Numbered from the stretch's first letter, positions 21,101 through 31,862 are shown. The stretch: 64,000 bases of DNA from Candidatus Thorarchaeota archaeon (GCA_048884965.1 JBHLQH010000012.1:28428-92427), one strand, 5' to 3'. Notes: generated by a model from the letters alone, not told the origin. Numbers and translations are program-made.

Positions 21101-24100
21101 TATTCTACATTTCAGCAGTATATGTGGGAAATGACTCAGGACTACCTCCTAGGACGTCTTGACGCCCTTGATTACCGGGAGAACTACTATATTGACTCTC
21201 ACAGGGTCAAGCATTATACCTACCAAAGAGAATATGCTTACAATTCATGGATCATTCCAGGAACTGCAATGGCAGACTTCCCGATAACAACTAGAGTAAC
21301 TGCTGCATATAATCTGGCCACATGGTGGTGGCATTGTCCAGTGTGGTACTTCGGAGCAAGATGCTACCACACCGACTGGTTTGTAGACTCTACTCAATTC
21401 AGTGTGACTACACAGTACTACGACATATTTCCTAGCACTCTGAACGATTTTCTTTCGTGGAAAGAAATCAAAATCAATGATCAAGATGGAGATGGTTTGA
21501 ATGCGACACAAGAGATAGCACTTGGAACATCACCTGTTGATTTTGATACAGATGCAGATGGACTCGATGATAAATATGAGACTGATCATGGATATGATCC
21601 TACGTGGTATGATACTGATTCAGATATGGTCACAGACTGGTACGAGCACGCATATGGAACGAACGTAACTGACAGTGATACAGATCAGGATGGACTAAGC
21701 GATTTCGAAGAGTTGTCCGGATGGGTCATCAATTTCAAGTACCTAGGGAATTCATCACTTCCTTTCCAAATGGTTGTTACTTCAGATCCAAAGACGAACG
21801 ATTCGGATAGGGACGGTATTGATGACCTATCTGAGTACCAGGGCAATACCAATCCTAGATCAAACGATACGAATGGAGACGGTAGTCCAGACTCAGCATA
21901 TATCTGGATCAAATCAGAGGCTGTCTACGAAACAGCCATTGATATCACACTGCAAGGCGAGTACAATCGGCTGACAGACATTTGCGTCGATGCGTATGGA
22001 GATGTATATGTAGGGCATTCCGGAGAGAGTTACCCTTCGAACGCCACGATCAAGAAATTCGACAGTTCGTTGAATCCAGCTATACTTCCTGTGAATTCAA
22101 TCTTCCCCAACATGATGATGTATCCTAGTGAGGTGCCATACATTATGGAGGTGGATAGAGGCAACGATTACCTCTATACATACATGTCCGGTATCGATAG
22201 ATTCAATCTTTCAGGAACAGTCATTAATCCTGACTCGTGGAGTACACTTAACCCTATGCAGGTTCAGGATTTTGATTTTGATAGTGAAGGAAATATCTAC
22301 GTGCTAAGGCATTCGACCGGTAACTACGCAAACGTCCAGAAATACAGCTCGAGTGGCAGTCTTTTGGCGACATACGGTAGTCTTGGTTCTGCACAAGATC
22401 AATTCGATTGGCCCATATCATTAGCAGTCGATGATTACTACGGATTCATCTATGTATGTGACAATCAATATAGTTACTCCAAACCCGACAGGGTGGTAAA
22501 GCTACGTCTATCGGATGGCACATTCCTAGGAGTTGTATCTGGGAATTACCAAGATATCATGGATGTTGACGTTGATGATGAGGGATACATCTATGTCCTT
22601 GGAACGAACTCAAGTGAGACAACTGTTCAGAAGTTCTATCCACACGGTGAAGAGGATGTGGACTTTAGATTCAGTGGTAATAGTACACACGATTTCTATG
22701 CCTCAGGCGGTGACTGGAGACATTTGGCAATCGGGCCAGACAAGAGCATCTATGTTGTGGACTGGGTCGTGTATGGCACTCCATTTACTTCTCGCATTTG
22801 GAAGTTCTCACAGAACATAGAATTGACATCAGACCAGATACCTGATTCGAATTCGGATTGGGATAATGATGGTCTAACGAATGTACAGGAAATCATGGGA
22901 TGGGAAATCTCTGTCAATTTCACATCTGGCGAGTTGACATTCAATGTGACAAGTAATCCCTTGATGAATGATACTGATCTAGATGGACTAGGAGACTCCT
23001 TGGAGTATGTGCTTGGTTCCAATCCAAATTCGCCAGACACTGATTTGGATGGTATTAGAGATCATCAGGAATGGTGGGCATCAACTTATCCTGACGTTCC
23101 GTATGTACCGCCCATGTTCTCTCCAGTCATGCAACCACCTAGTCAGCATAGCAGCTCAATGAGTATGGCTCTTACAGGCCCTTCACTAACCAATTGGGAT
23201 ACAGATGGTGACCTTTTGCGAGACGGCATAGAGTATACCTTCGGGAGTTCACCTATTAATCCAGACATGGATGGAGATGGTCTCTCAGATCTGACCGAAT
23301 TCCTGTACAACTCCAATCCTAATAGTACAGATACTGATCTAGACGGCGCAAGTGATGCAGAGGAACTTGCTGGGAACTCTAGCTTGCTCTCACCAGACTC
23401 TGATAGTGACCTTATCTTTGATGGAACAGAATACGATATGGGTACCAATGCAACAGATATAGACTTCGATGGCGATGGCATTCCAGATGGCTACGAGTTA
23501 CTCTACGTGATTGACCCCAAGAGCGCAGACTCAGATGGCGATGGCGTTTCTGATGACATTGAGCTTTCTCTATATCTAGATCCTCGGAGTAACGACACTG
23601 ATAAAGACGGTGTACCAGATGGGACTGAACTAGCAATTGGAAGCAATCCATTAAATATGGATTCAGATTTCGATGGTATTCCAGATGGCGAGGATCCTGA
23701 CACATTTGCGGCATGGGAAGGGCCTATAATTCTGGTACTGAATTCAGACCCATCAAATGAGACGCTAGAGTTTGCAGATGCACTTGCATACTATGCAGAA
23801 GTCATCATCATTTCCGTGGATGAGCTTCTCAGTGATTATAGTGAATCGCAGTATGTTGTTCTCGTAGGACAGCCAGATCCGGATAGCTACTCCGTTGAGG
23901 GATTGATGTACGACCTATTGGAGGACACTGGCGCGATATTGGATGAAATGATGGAAGATGAATCCCGCTCCGTTACTACTCGACTTGGAATTTGGACGGA
24001 AACCCAGACAGTCGTGATGCTGGCATCTGCACTACAAGAGGATTCCTTTATGGTTCTGCAAATCCTGAGGGGAAGAAATGTGACTGTTCTTCCAGATTCA

Positions 24101-24805
24101 ATCCGTTTGGAGTATCAGATGCAGTATCCAGAAACCTCTGGCTCAATTGAATATGCTATCATTCTCAACGAGGTTGATATCACGAGAAACACGGATGCAA
24201 TCGTTACCATCTATCTAAGTGGAGCTTCACAGCCCATGATCACGATAACAAGATACAACATGACAACAACACCGTATGTACTAGAGGCCAGTTCAGGACT
24301 AGGCTCTGACGATATTTCCCTCAATATCTATCTCGATGTCTCGCTGGAAATCTATGGCATGTCAGCTGATGTCTTCTCAGGAGCACTGATTCAGATATAC
24401 TATCGCGAGTCAGACCTTGACCTCACACAAAACGGCCAGCTAGGAGACCTAGGGGATATCAATGAAACAAGTCTCTCGGTATACTTCTATGATGAGATTT
24501 CAGAACAATGGACTAAGCTATCCGAGGAACTATCTTGGGTACTATCTATTGGACAGAATACGACCAATGTGGAGATCTATGGGAACGAGTATGGTGGATT
24601 TGTATGGATTCAAGTTAATGAGTTACATCTATTCGCTTTAGCAGGACAAGTACTTCGAATGGAGCTCTTCGATCCATGGATGACCGTTATGGCATTCGCG
24701 ATAGCAGGATTTGCTATAGTTGGTTCCATTGTAGTTTTCAGAAGATATAGAAGCAGGGAAAGATCAGTCAAGTATGATAGCTTATTGAACGAGTTGATAG
24801 ATTAG
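18182..24805 (+). CDS. Giant membrane-anchored surface protein: DxDxDG (TSP3-like) Ca-binding repeats, fascin-like beta-trefoil, internal hydrophobic hairpin, NHL beta-propeller, C-terminal TM
   Basis: Many DTDxDGLxD..E..GTxP repeats; GSLGSAQDQFDWPISLAVD (NHL); signal peptide; C-terminal TM then RRYRSR. The true start may be GTG near 18209. Confidence 0.8.
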   Translation: MVIRVGCDVVRKRFGFLVALFIVTLFLGSEMYVISNNARGVSGERAMSSAQGMIPEIQRTLSSTPPPRTPVDLKELVTELLSVTPVSHQSDYDGDLLYDAVEAVIGTDPTENDTDHDQLTDYNEIMFFGTDPKLPDSNDDGLFDYDEVSVTLDLDNDAMPNAWDFDNDNDGVNDASDLSPMAKSQTRASIPISIHTDGQPTYITFQLVPADIEYLRFIYQTWDWKDDDHEGQMQDLDGSKDDISLVPYLRLEGNTFPAQADMDEFGVLGPEDVGGMWHTVNAISVPLSPVYEFENIVAFNGRILYAISTPADISFQAKLEWKVIGETDVTSSNMKIGDDYISYGQDMIATANVSDEYNAAYVEWITLSETASISTIAIKIIDGPYLAVAPDDKTLVFNSTNLGVRETFRYYKNQKWLEDFNGNFTSVKPDGTWGLIPYAGAGSLLSVIDRIDTVYARSTPLVKYTEPFKLTGLTVQEFYGTDVGIFYNVTDKNQTIAGHWLMDYKFVNNATTTLTDMPSLLQDNDVAVAHLTSTVRDKYQSLVELRENLVPVALGSAAIGEVIPITIAIEDNSKIVELSETLTATYILSGTCSVNLASADLVTSKSLKMNWYNSSTYTGLSQVEISTELLSWGLDGNATFNLQLALMRWHSGENKITKVNAVEQIMDEFNPTELDTISYIGLAGLESFAFAGKVITFFKNWNYLKELADPQFYDFMLDCLYKMAGGVMSKTSMTTYLFKNSKFIATLRFGDQLTDCVKSSKYAMSFKDFESALFIIGIIVEIGLGIAAGCMIADQIGGSAGREFGTAYGILAVIVGVWLAGVYALIGTIPFIGWLISLGCAIYDATTNFSQNMIVKWVQGLYGNICRLGQTIPNVFVENVPTISTYDVDDNGNDLGDFIVVNGTLWNEIDVAIKYIPTFWDMWDIENTFQFELVRLGLTSPDFFPENSEYLTWILPYVDIIAPEGSNSLTPQPYSTFQQYMWEMTQDYLLGRLDALDYRENYYIDSHRVKHYTYQREYAYNSWIIPGTAMADFPITTRVTAAYNLATWWWHCPVWYFGARCYHTDWFVDSTQFSVTTQYYDIFPSTLNDFLSWKEIKINDQDGDGLNATQEIALGTSPVDFDTDADGLDDKYETDHGYDPTWYDTDSDMVTDWYEHAYGTNVTDSDTDQDGLSDFEELSGWVINFKYLGNSSLPFQMVVTSDPKTNDSDRDGIDDLSEYQGNTNPRSNDTNGDGSPDSAYIWIKSEAVYETAIDITLQGEYNRLTDICVDAYGDVYVGHSGESYPSNATIKKFDSSLNPAILPVNSIFPNMMMYPSEVPYIMEVDRGNDYLYTYMSGIDRFNLSGTVINPDSWSTLNPMQVQDFDFDSEGNIYVLRHSTGNYANVQKYSSSGSLLATYGSLGSAQDQFDWPISLAVDDYYGFIYVCDNQYSYSKPDRVVKLRLSDGTFLGVVSGNYQDIMDVDVDDEGYIYVLGTNSSETTVQKFYPHGEEDVDFRFSGNSTHDFYASGGDWRHLAIGPDKSIYVVDWVVYGTPFTSRIWKFSQNIELTSDQIPDSNSDWDNDGLTNVQEIMGWEISVNFTSGELTFNVTSNPLMNDTDLDGLGDSLEYVLGSNPNSPDTDLDGIRDHQEWWASTYPDVPYVPPMFSPVMQPPSQHSSSMSMALTGPSLTNWDTDGDLLRDGIEYTFGSSPINPDMDGDGLSDLTEFLYNSNPNSTDTDLDGASDAEELAGNSSLLSPDSDSDLIFDGTEYDMGTNATDIDFDGDGIPDGYELLYVIDPKSADSDGDGVSDDIELSLYLDPRSNDTDKDGVPDGTELAIGSNPLNMDSDFDGIPDGEDPDTFAAWEGPIILVLNSDPSNETLEFADALAYYAEVIIISVDELLSDYSESQYVVLVGQPDPDSYSVEGLMYDLLEDTGAILDEMMEDESRSVTTRLGIWTETQTVVMLASALQEDSFMVLQILRGRNVTVLPDSIRLEYQMQYPETSGSIEYAIILNEVDITRNTDAIVTIYLSGASQPMITITRYNMTTTPYVLEASSGLGSDDISLNIYLDVSLEIYGMSADVFSGALIQIYYRESDLDLTQNGQLGDLGDINETSLSVYFYDEISEQWTKLSEELSWVLSIGQNTTNVEIYGNEYGGFVWIQVNELHLFALAGQVLRMELFDPWMTVMAFAIAGFAIVGSIVVFRRYRSRERSVKYDSLLNELID

Positions 24806-24809
24806 CGAC

Positions 24810-24830
24810 TGGGGAGAGCTACTCTCCCCA
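24810..24830 (+). terminator. Perfect GC-rich hairpin immediately after the giant surface-protein gene
   Basis: tggggagag-cta-ctctcccca, 9-bp stem, 5 nt after the stop; no clear U tract. Confidence 0.5.
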
Positions 24831-24921
24831 CCTGAGTTGATAAACTTGGAAATTCCAAGACATGAACAGGATATTTTGTACTTATGCCCAATTTACAGGT
24901 ATTTAATAAAATAGATGATTC

Positions 24922-27900
24922 ATGTCTATGACTGTGTTGGGAAATAAATATGCTAGATCAACCATAGTAGTATTCTTGGCATTCGTACTAGTGGCAACTC
25001 AGGGGGTCATCACTGACATACCTCCTAAAGAGCCAATGATTCCTTATCTTCCCGGTAACATCAAAGACCTTTCAGAAGACCAAGATCATGATTCAATCAT
25101 CATTAGTTCTAACGCAGACTTCGAATTACAAAGATGGCCTGGAGAGGGTACGGAAGCTAGTCCATATATCATAAGTGGACTAGAAATTTCTGACCATATC
25201 GCCGGTATCAGAATTGAAAGCACCTCTGCTCATTTTATAGTCGAAGACTGCCACTTTCAACCAGATGATTATGGGGCACTTGATGGACTATACATTTCAG
25301 ATGCTACCAATGGAGTAATCAGAAATAACACACTGGATGGCTGTGGAATCCGAATCGTTTATTCAAATCTAATAGAAGTATCAAGCAATCGCATCAGAAA
25401 TTCAGGTCAATATGGAATCTCCATTCAACATTGCTTTGATACAAAGGTCAATCATAATTTCATTGAACAGTCAGACGTCGATGGAATTCGAATGACTTCT
25501 TCATCTCAATGTACATTCTCAGGAAACATGATTTCAGATTGCTCTATTGGAATTTCAGTTCTCAATGGACAATCCTCAGAATTTTCATGCAACTCTATTA
25601 GAAATGCTGAAAGTTATGGAATTGAGATTACATCTGGTGACAACAATCAACTGTACGCAAATCTTTTGGATTCGGAAAAAGAGGCAATTGATAATGGTCT
25701 ATCTAATCAATGGGATGATGGTCAATGCATAGGGAATTACTGGCGGAATCAACCCGAATCGGATCATGTATCAATTCCTGGCATAAGTGGGAGTGAAGAT
25801 CGTTATCCTCTGGAAATTGATTGGAGTGTTGATTGGTATTGGGTTTTTCCTATATACCATTTACCTGCATTCTATCAATTTCCCCTTCCTTACGGAGAAA
25901 CAGCGAATCAGAATCGATTTTCTTGGATTATCTGGAGTTATCCGGGCTCGCTGCTGATATATCGAAATGAAACAGTACTAGTGAATAGGACGTTAGAAGG
26001 TTCAGGAATTTTCTCCTTAGATGCAGCAGTATTAGCTGATGGCAATTACAATTATCACATATCAATATCAAGTGAGGTTGAGTATGGTGGGGGAGGATTT
26101 GAATATGCAGTTAGTGTCATAAACGATGTGTTTGTCACCTATCCGGACCAACCTGAGAATCTCGCTGTTTCGGTGATTGGCCATCAGTTGAACCTGACAT
26201 GGAATCCTCCCTCAGATGATGGAGGAAATCCAATTGTCGAATACATTGTATATAGAGGATATAAGCCAGAAGAAATGAGTCATAGAGCTATGATACAAGT
26301 AGGAGAAATATTCAGTGAGGACATATCGAACATTAGTTCGTTCGTATTCTATGCTGTAAGTGCAGTGAATTGGCTAGGTGAAGGAGAGAGGTCTAGATGC
26401 ATTTCCAATTATGGAGAACATGACAGAATCATGATAAATGGAAATGCTGACTTTCTGAATCAAGGTTGGCCAGGAGATGGAACTGAATCAAATCCGTATA
26501 ATATCTCATGTGTCTTCATTCAATCGAATACTACAGGCATCAGCATATGCGATGTTGACTCCTATTTTGTAATTAGCCAATGCTGGATTACGTTTGATGA
26601 GGATTGGGGAGAATCCACTTATGGAATAGAATTAGAAGATGTCACGAATGGTCATATTGAATCAACTACTATTGCAAATATTAAAGAAGGTATCAGGATT
26701 TTCGGCTCCCAGAATTGCACAGTTGTGAATTGTACAACCTATGGTAGCCAAGTACAGATCTACATTGAGTTTTCAGAGTATTGCACGATAGCGGACTCTC
26801 ATTTCGATATTCCATGGTCTGCGATAGGTGTATACCTGAATGAATCTAGATTCATCGATATTGTGGGAATCAATTTCTCAACAACATCCTATAGTCCCTA
26901 TGGTATTGTTGCATATTCGTCTGACAACTGTTCCATCACCAATTGCACTATTGATAATCTGAATAATGCACTCCAGGTGGAAAGATGTCATAATCTATTG
27001 ATATCGCATAGTAAAATCACTAATTGCCGGAACGGAATTAGTATCATTGAATCAGTTGGAATTACAGCAGCTGATTGTGAGATACTCTGGCCTGCTCCAG
27101 CTGCCACTGGCATTAGATTTCAAGAATCGTCAATATGCAACTTTCAGAATCTAATACTCGGCAATGTCAGCGTCGATATTGATGGATATAACTACACACA
27201 TTGGGATCACAATTTTAGCAATGTCTCTATTGATGGGCTGCAGGTTGGATACTTCTTTGGTGAGGAAGACATCTCGATAGAATGCACCAACCTCTCTCAA
27301 TGTTTCATATCATATTGTAATGGAGTTAATCTGACTGGGTGTGAAATAACCTATTGGGACTACGGAATTCGAATCATGAATTCCAGTTCAGTGAGGATTC
27401 AGAATCTGATGAGAGAAAGATTAGAAATCCGGAATTCGAGTTCGATAGAAGTACAAAACATGTCTGTAGATTACTTCACTCTACAATATTCCAATTCAAT
27501 TAATTTGTCTAGTCTGACGATAAATGACTTATTCATGAGGTACTCAGATAACTGTGAGATATCAATGCTTGAAGTATCTGGGGAAACTTCTAATTTTGAT
27601 CTATCCTTCTGCAATAACATAAGAATCGTTCAATTTGAGATTGAGAATGAACCCTCGTGGATAGGAGGAGCTGCCAATTTATATCGTTGTTTCAATGTGA
27701 CACTTCAGGGGGGAATCTACAACTCCACATATTATAATTTCCATATCTATTCATCTACCAACTGTGAAATCATTGATGTTCATCTGACATATCCGATTCG
27801 AATCAGCCAATCAAATGACTCTAGTGTAATCAATTGTCTATTATCCTATGATAAAGGTACCAATATGCATCTTGATCATTCAATCAATGCGACCATTGAA

Positions 27901-29397
27901 GATTGTGTGTTTAGAGGAGGCGGTCTGGAGATTGCTGGACAGGAACGGCACCATTGGTATCATCGAATTGTGCAGAACACACTCAATGACCGACCAGTTG
28001 TCTATATTACTAATGAGTCGAATCTTGAATTCATAAATCCACAATTTGGACAGCTAATACTGGTTAACTGTCAACAAGTATTCCTGCAAAACAATCACTT
28101 TTTGAATACAAGTTATGGATTTCAGCTAGCATATTGCAGAGAAGTTGAAATTCAAGATATTAATATGGACAAGGAATATGCAAGTTCTAGTTTCTCATCG
28201 CCTCATCTTTATAGGTGTGACCAAATTCGAATCTCTAATATCCTATTCCACTGTCTTCAAACAACTTTTCGATTTGATTGGTGTACACAAGTAGAAGTTG
28301 ATAACTGTGGAATCACGCAATGTGACGGAATTCGTTTTGAAGGAAACCCAATCAACTGTGTCATCAGAAACTGCCTCTTCTCTCGTACAGACGGAGTATG
28401 GATTTCAGATGGAACGATGTGTGCAATAATTGGCAACCTCTTTGACCTTGGTGACATCGGAATCCGAGTGTACAATAGTGATTCTATCCTAATTGCTAAT
28501 AATAATCTCCATTCCCATGAAGGGATATACTTGTCTAATTTGCAAAACTCGTCAATCTCGAACAACACCATTAGCTCAAGTAGTTCCAGAGGGTTGGAGC
28601 TTTCTGATTGCTACAATAATCTCTATTCAGGAAATAGAATTATGGGATGCATTGCACCAGGAATCGGCATATCTCGAGAATCCAATTCGACTTTTATTCA
28701 TAATGCGATTACGGATAATACTGGCTTCGGGATTGAGTGCGATTCAAGTTCTCTAAACTTGCTCTATGGTAATCTCCTTGCAAGAAATGGAGAAGGTGGA
28801 GCAGTGGATAACGGAATCAATAACCAATGGGATGATGGACAGAATCTTGGGAATTGCTGGGGATTTTCAGCATCTATTAGTCCAATGTCAATCCCAGGTT
28901 CAGCTCATTCTATCGATCACTATCCTGTAATAGTCGATGATGAGGAACTTACATCCCCTGTAATCGCTCATCGTCTTGTCTTCAATTCTACAATGGAGCC
29001 AGGAAAGAATGTTACAGAAATCATTTGGTGTTTCTGGGGAGCACCTGGAAGAGCTACGTTATTTGTGGATGGAATTTCTGTTACTGAGAGAACCTGTTCA
29101 GGCTGCGGTTTACTCACCATCTCAGTTCTTGAATACGGATATGCAAACTACACGCTCATGCTCATTGATTCAGGTGGAAACATCGAAATGTACACGGTTG
29201 ATTTGGGTGCGGAAGTAAGAGCACTTCAAAGATTAATGGTTTCAGCGCTTGGCTCAATAGCAGGGTGTAGCATTATCGCACTTGTAATATTGTGGGACTG
29301 GAGAATACGCCGGACGAAAGTCATTGAGGAGAAGAAAAGAGAGGAAAAGGAAAGGGAGGAATTACAGCAAGCACTTGATGATCTGAGAGTCTCGTGA
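24922..29397 (+). CDS. Surface protein with two NosD/beta-helix modules and a fibronectin type III domain, C-terminal TM
   Basis: Duplicated 'I.I.SNADF..Q.WPG.GTE..PY.IS' and 'NQWDDG...GN.W' modules; FN3 'LTWNPPSDDGGNPIVEYIVYRG...YAVSAVN..GEG'. Confidence 0.85.
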   Translation: MSMTVLGNKYARSTIVVFLAFVLVATQGVITDIPPKEPMIPYLPGNIKDLSEDQDHDSIIISSNADFELQRWPGEGTEASPYIISGLEISDHIAGIRIESTSAHFIVEDCHFQPDDYGALDGLYISDATNGVIRNNTLDGCGIRIVYSNLIEVSSNRIRNSGQYGISIQHCFDTKVNHNFIEQSDVDGIRMTSSSQCTFSGNMISDCSIGISVLNGQSSEFSCNSIRNAESYGIEITSGDNNQLYANLLDSEKEAIDNGLSNQWDDGQCIGNYWRNQPESDHVSIPGISGSEDRYPLEIDWSVDWYWVFPIYHLPAFYQFPLPYGETANQNRFSWIIWSYPGSLLIYRNETVLVNRTLEGSGIFSLDAAVLADGNYNYHISISSEVEYGGGGFEYAVSVINDVFVTYPDQPENLAVSVIGHQLNLTWNPPSDDGGNPIVEYIVYRGYKPEEMSHRAMIQVGEIFSEDISNISSFVFYAVSAVNWLGEGERSRCISNYGEHDRIMINGNADFLNQGWPGDGTESNPYNISCVFIQSNTTGISICDVDSYFVISQCWITFDEDWGESTYGIELEDVTNGHIESTTIANIKEGIRIFGSQNCTVVNCTTYGSQVQIYIEFSEYCTIADSHFDIPWSAIGVYLNESRFIDIVGINFSTTSYSPYGIVAYSSDNCSITNCTIDNLNNALQVERCHNLLISHSKITNCRNGISIIESVGITAADCEILWPAPAATGIRFQESSICNFQNLILGNVSVDIDGYNYTHWDHNFSNVSIDGLQVGYFFGEEDISIECTNLSQCFISYCNGVNLTGCEITYWDYGIRIMNSSSVRIQNLMRERLEIRNSSSIEVQNMSVDYFTLQYSNSINLSSLTINDLFMRYSDNCEISMLEVSGETSNFDLSFCNNIRIVQFEIENEPSWIGGAANLYRCFNVTLQGGIYNSTYYNFHIYSSTNCEIIDVHLTYPIRISQSNDSSVINCLLSYDKGTNMHLDHSINATIEDCVFRGGGLEIAGQERHHWYHRIVQNTLNDRPVVYITNESNLEFINPQFGQLILVNCQQVFLQNNHFLNTSYGFQLAYCREVEIQDINMDKEYASSSFSSPHLYRCDQIRISNILFHCLQTTFRFDWCTQVEVDNCGITQCDGIRFEGNPINCVIRNCLFSRTDGVWISDGTMCAIIGNLFDLGDIGIRVYNSDSILIANNNLHSHEGIYLSNLQNSSISNNTISSSSSRGLELSDCYNNLYSGNRIMGCIAPGIGISRESNSTFIHNAITDNTGFGIECDSSSLNLLYGNLLARNGEGGAVDNGINNQWDDGQNLGNCWGFSASISPMSIPGSAHSIDHYPVIVDDEELTSPVIAHRLVFNSTMEPGKNVTEIIWCFWGAPGRATLFVDGISVTERTCSGCGLLTISVLEYGYANYTLMLIDSGGNIEMYTVDLGAEVRALQRLMVSALGSIAGCSIIALVILWDWRIRRTKVIEEKKREEKEREELQQALDDLRVS

Positions 29398-29499
29398 TGC
29401 TTGCACGGAAATCGCGTTTCAAGATTTGTTTAGGTTTCTAGCTAATTATAATTCCTCCACTCTAAAACAGTATGAGGAAATAGGGGAACTGTATGAATC

Positions 29500-30399
29500 T
29501 TACATTATCAATAGGAAGTAGAAGATGAACACATCTGGAAGAAAATGTATCAACCACGCCCAGAAGAAACCTTTCGTTTCCAACATACTCTTTCCCAGAA
29601 AGTAGCCAAGAAACGCTGAAAGCGCTACACCAATGATACCGTTCGGATATCCAAAATAGTGTCCCAAACCAAAATACAATGAAGTGATTTGCAAACTTTC
29701 CGCTTTGCCAACACTTGGTTCTAGCTCACTCAGTGGAGCTGCACGTAGAGTGAATTCCTCATTGAACGCGTTCATGGATGCAATCAACAGAGCAGCTGGT
29801 AGGAGGGGTAGTCCATTCACTAGCTGTTCTAGTGATAGCTCAAATCCTGCAACTAGAAAGATAATAGTAAAGACAACGAAGATAATTATGAATGGTCTTG
29901 CCAATTTTGTCCAAGGTTCCGGACCCTTCATTCCTAGAAGACGAGAAGGCTCCGCTTCTGCATCAATCTGTCCTTTTCTAAGATAGAAGTCATTGGGTCT
30001 ACGTCCAGTTACCAATAGGAAGATAAGAACCACAAAGGCAGGAACAAGTCTGAGTAGATGTACTGCGAACGAGTCGTAGGGGATAGGCAATGTGGATATC
30101 CATGCGATCCATTCTACGCTTTCGCGAATCATCGGGACGAGTCCGAATTCCCAACCTCCTCCAAAACCAAAGAAGAAGATGATTACAAGAATCGAATAGT
30201 ATCGCCACATATGACGCGTTGGCTTGTGAGAAAGTGCTACACCAAGTAGTATAATCAGGATGGCACCATGAATCAATGCATACCATATGGGCACGGAACC
30301 AGCAATCTCTCGAAAGGGAATGATTGCCAAGGCGCTTGCGAATAGCATCATTGTCCACGCGAGGGTAACAGGTATATCATAGGAACTTTTGTGAACCAT
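29500..30399 (-). CDS. CPBP/Abi (CAAX-protease-like) intramembrane metalloprotease
   Basis: NEEFTLR, FGLGH and IHFLPD motifs; multi-TM. Start moved to ATG 30399 to avoid overlap. Confidence 0.85.
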   Translation of the reverse strand: MVHKSSYDIPVTLAWTMMLFASALAIIPFREIAGSVPIWYALIHGAILIILLGVALSHKPTRHMWRYYSILVIIFFFGFGGGWEFGLVPMIRESVEWIAWISTLPIPYDSFAVHLLRLVPAFVVLIFLLVTGRRPNDFYLRKGQIDAEAEPSRLLGMKGPEPWTKLARPFIIIFVVFTIIFLVAGFELSLEQLVNGLPLLPAALLIASMNAFNEEFTLRAAPLSELEPSVGKAESLQITSLYFGLGHYFGYPNGIIGVALSAFLGYFLGKSMLETKGFFWAWLIHFLPDVFIFYFLLIM

Positions 30400-30427
30400 T
30401 GACTCATCTTCATTTCCGGACAAATGA

Positions 30428-31252
30428 TTACTCCTCCATAATCTGCGGCGGTTCAGTTTGACCTGATGATACCTGTCCTCGTTTCGATTCAGCAATCCTC
30501 AATACAATAACGAATATCCAGACAATTGCCGTTAGAACCCAGTTCCTGTTGGAATTGTAGAAGAATGTGAAAGTTGTCCCCAGAGCCTGATGGGCAAACA
30601 TCGCAGTCAAGATATTTCGTCTGGACAGATTGAATAGAGAGTCAATCATGAAAGATTGAGCAATCATCGTGACATAGCCAAGAATTGAAGGCTCAATTCC
30701 AAAGGAGATGTTCATCATCTGATGCCACAGCCACCAATATGAGCCTATAATCAGACTACCAATCTCCCGACCATACTTTCCCTGCAAATTGACTAGTGCG
30801 AATCCTCTCCAAGCAGGTTCCTCAAAGAGAGGACTTGTAATCAGACTTGCAGAGAAATGAATAGGAATCACGAATAGCAAGATGACTCCAATCTCTTCAA
30901 CAATTGATGGAACCAAGATAATGAACTCAGATTCTAATCCAGCTGCAAACGAAAGTGCGTTGGCAATGACTGACATAATGGGGAATGAGACGGCTGCAAG
31001 GATGAGCCAAGGTATGCATCCTTTCCAATTACGTGCTGTAGCCATTATACTTTCAAATTTCACATCACCGTCAGTTAGCTTCTCAAGTATCTTGAGAGTT
31101 ATGAGTGGGCTCAGACCTCCAAGAGTAGAGGGAATGATGATCAGCTCCATTGGCCAGAGACCTAAGAACATCTGGATCCAGAAGAACCAGCCAATTGGTA
31201 GAGTTATGGCAAAGAACAGGACAAGTCTATGTTTGTCAGCGAATTCATTCAC
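30428..31252 (-). CDS. CPBP/Abi family intramembrane metalloprotease
   Basis: EEPAWRGF, WWLWH and FAHQ motifs; multi-TM. Confidence 0.85.
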   Translation of the reverse strand: MNEFADKHRLVLFFAITLPIGWFFWIQMFLGLWPMELIIIPSTLGGLSPLITLKILEKLTDGDVKFESIMATARNWKGCIPWLILAAVSFPIMSVIANALSFAAGLESEFIILVPSIVEEIGVILLFVIPIHFSASLITSPLFEEPAWRGFALVNLQGKYGREIGSLIIGSYWWLWHQMMNISFGIEPSILGYVTMIAQSFMIDSLFNLSRRNILTAMFAHQALGTTFTFFYNSNRNWVLTAIVWIFVIVLRIAESKRGQVSSGQTEPPQIMEE

Positions 31253-31392
31253 GACCTAGCTTCACCTTTTTCGTTTTCTCAGAACGAATCGCCAATTGAC
31301 ATCAATAATCAAGGATAAATCAGTTACGAAAGATACTAAGGATACGAAACGCATTTACCATACATCCTGAATATTTAGATGGTGATAACCAG

Positions 31393-31659
31393 TTGTCAGA
31401 GGAATACAAGAAGACAGTCTTCTTTGAAGAATGGCATGAGAATAGGAATCGATACTTTACCATGTTGGCAGTGATTGTGATCGCATTCTATTTCGTTGCC
31501 ACTATGATAGTCCTCTCGATGAATTTCGAAATGAACATTACACTTTTTGGAGTTCCTCTTCTTATCATAGGTATATGTATTGTAATTTTACTGATTGTAC
31601 TGCAAATTTGGACAGATAGACCTCCAGTGCTTACAGAACCTGAAAGTATAATTGAATAA
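31393..31659 (+). CDS. Small two-TM membrane protein
   Basis: Two hydrophobic helices; GGTGA RBS before the TTG. Confidence 0.65.
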   Translation: MSEEYKKTVFFEEWHENRNRYFTMLAVIVIAFYFVATMIVLSMNFEMNITLFGVPLLIIGICIVILLIVLQIWTDRPPVLTEPESIIE

Positions 31660-31862
31660 AACAGATGTATCTGAAACTAATTTGAGATGATTTTGGCCAG
31701 ATTTGTAACGCAAATCTCACTTTTGTATATTCATTATATTTGTGATAATGATTGAAAAAGCTAAAAAGTGAAAAGATACATACTATTTTCGAGCTTTATT
31801 ACGAAAAAAATGTATATTTTCGAACATAAGCTCGTTTCACAATGTAAGGGAGATATGCAAAC

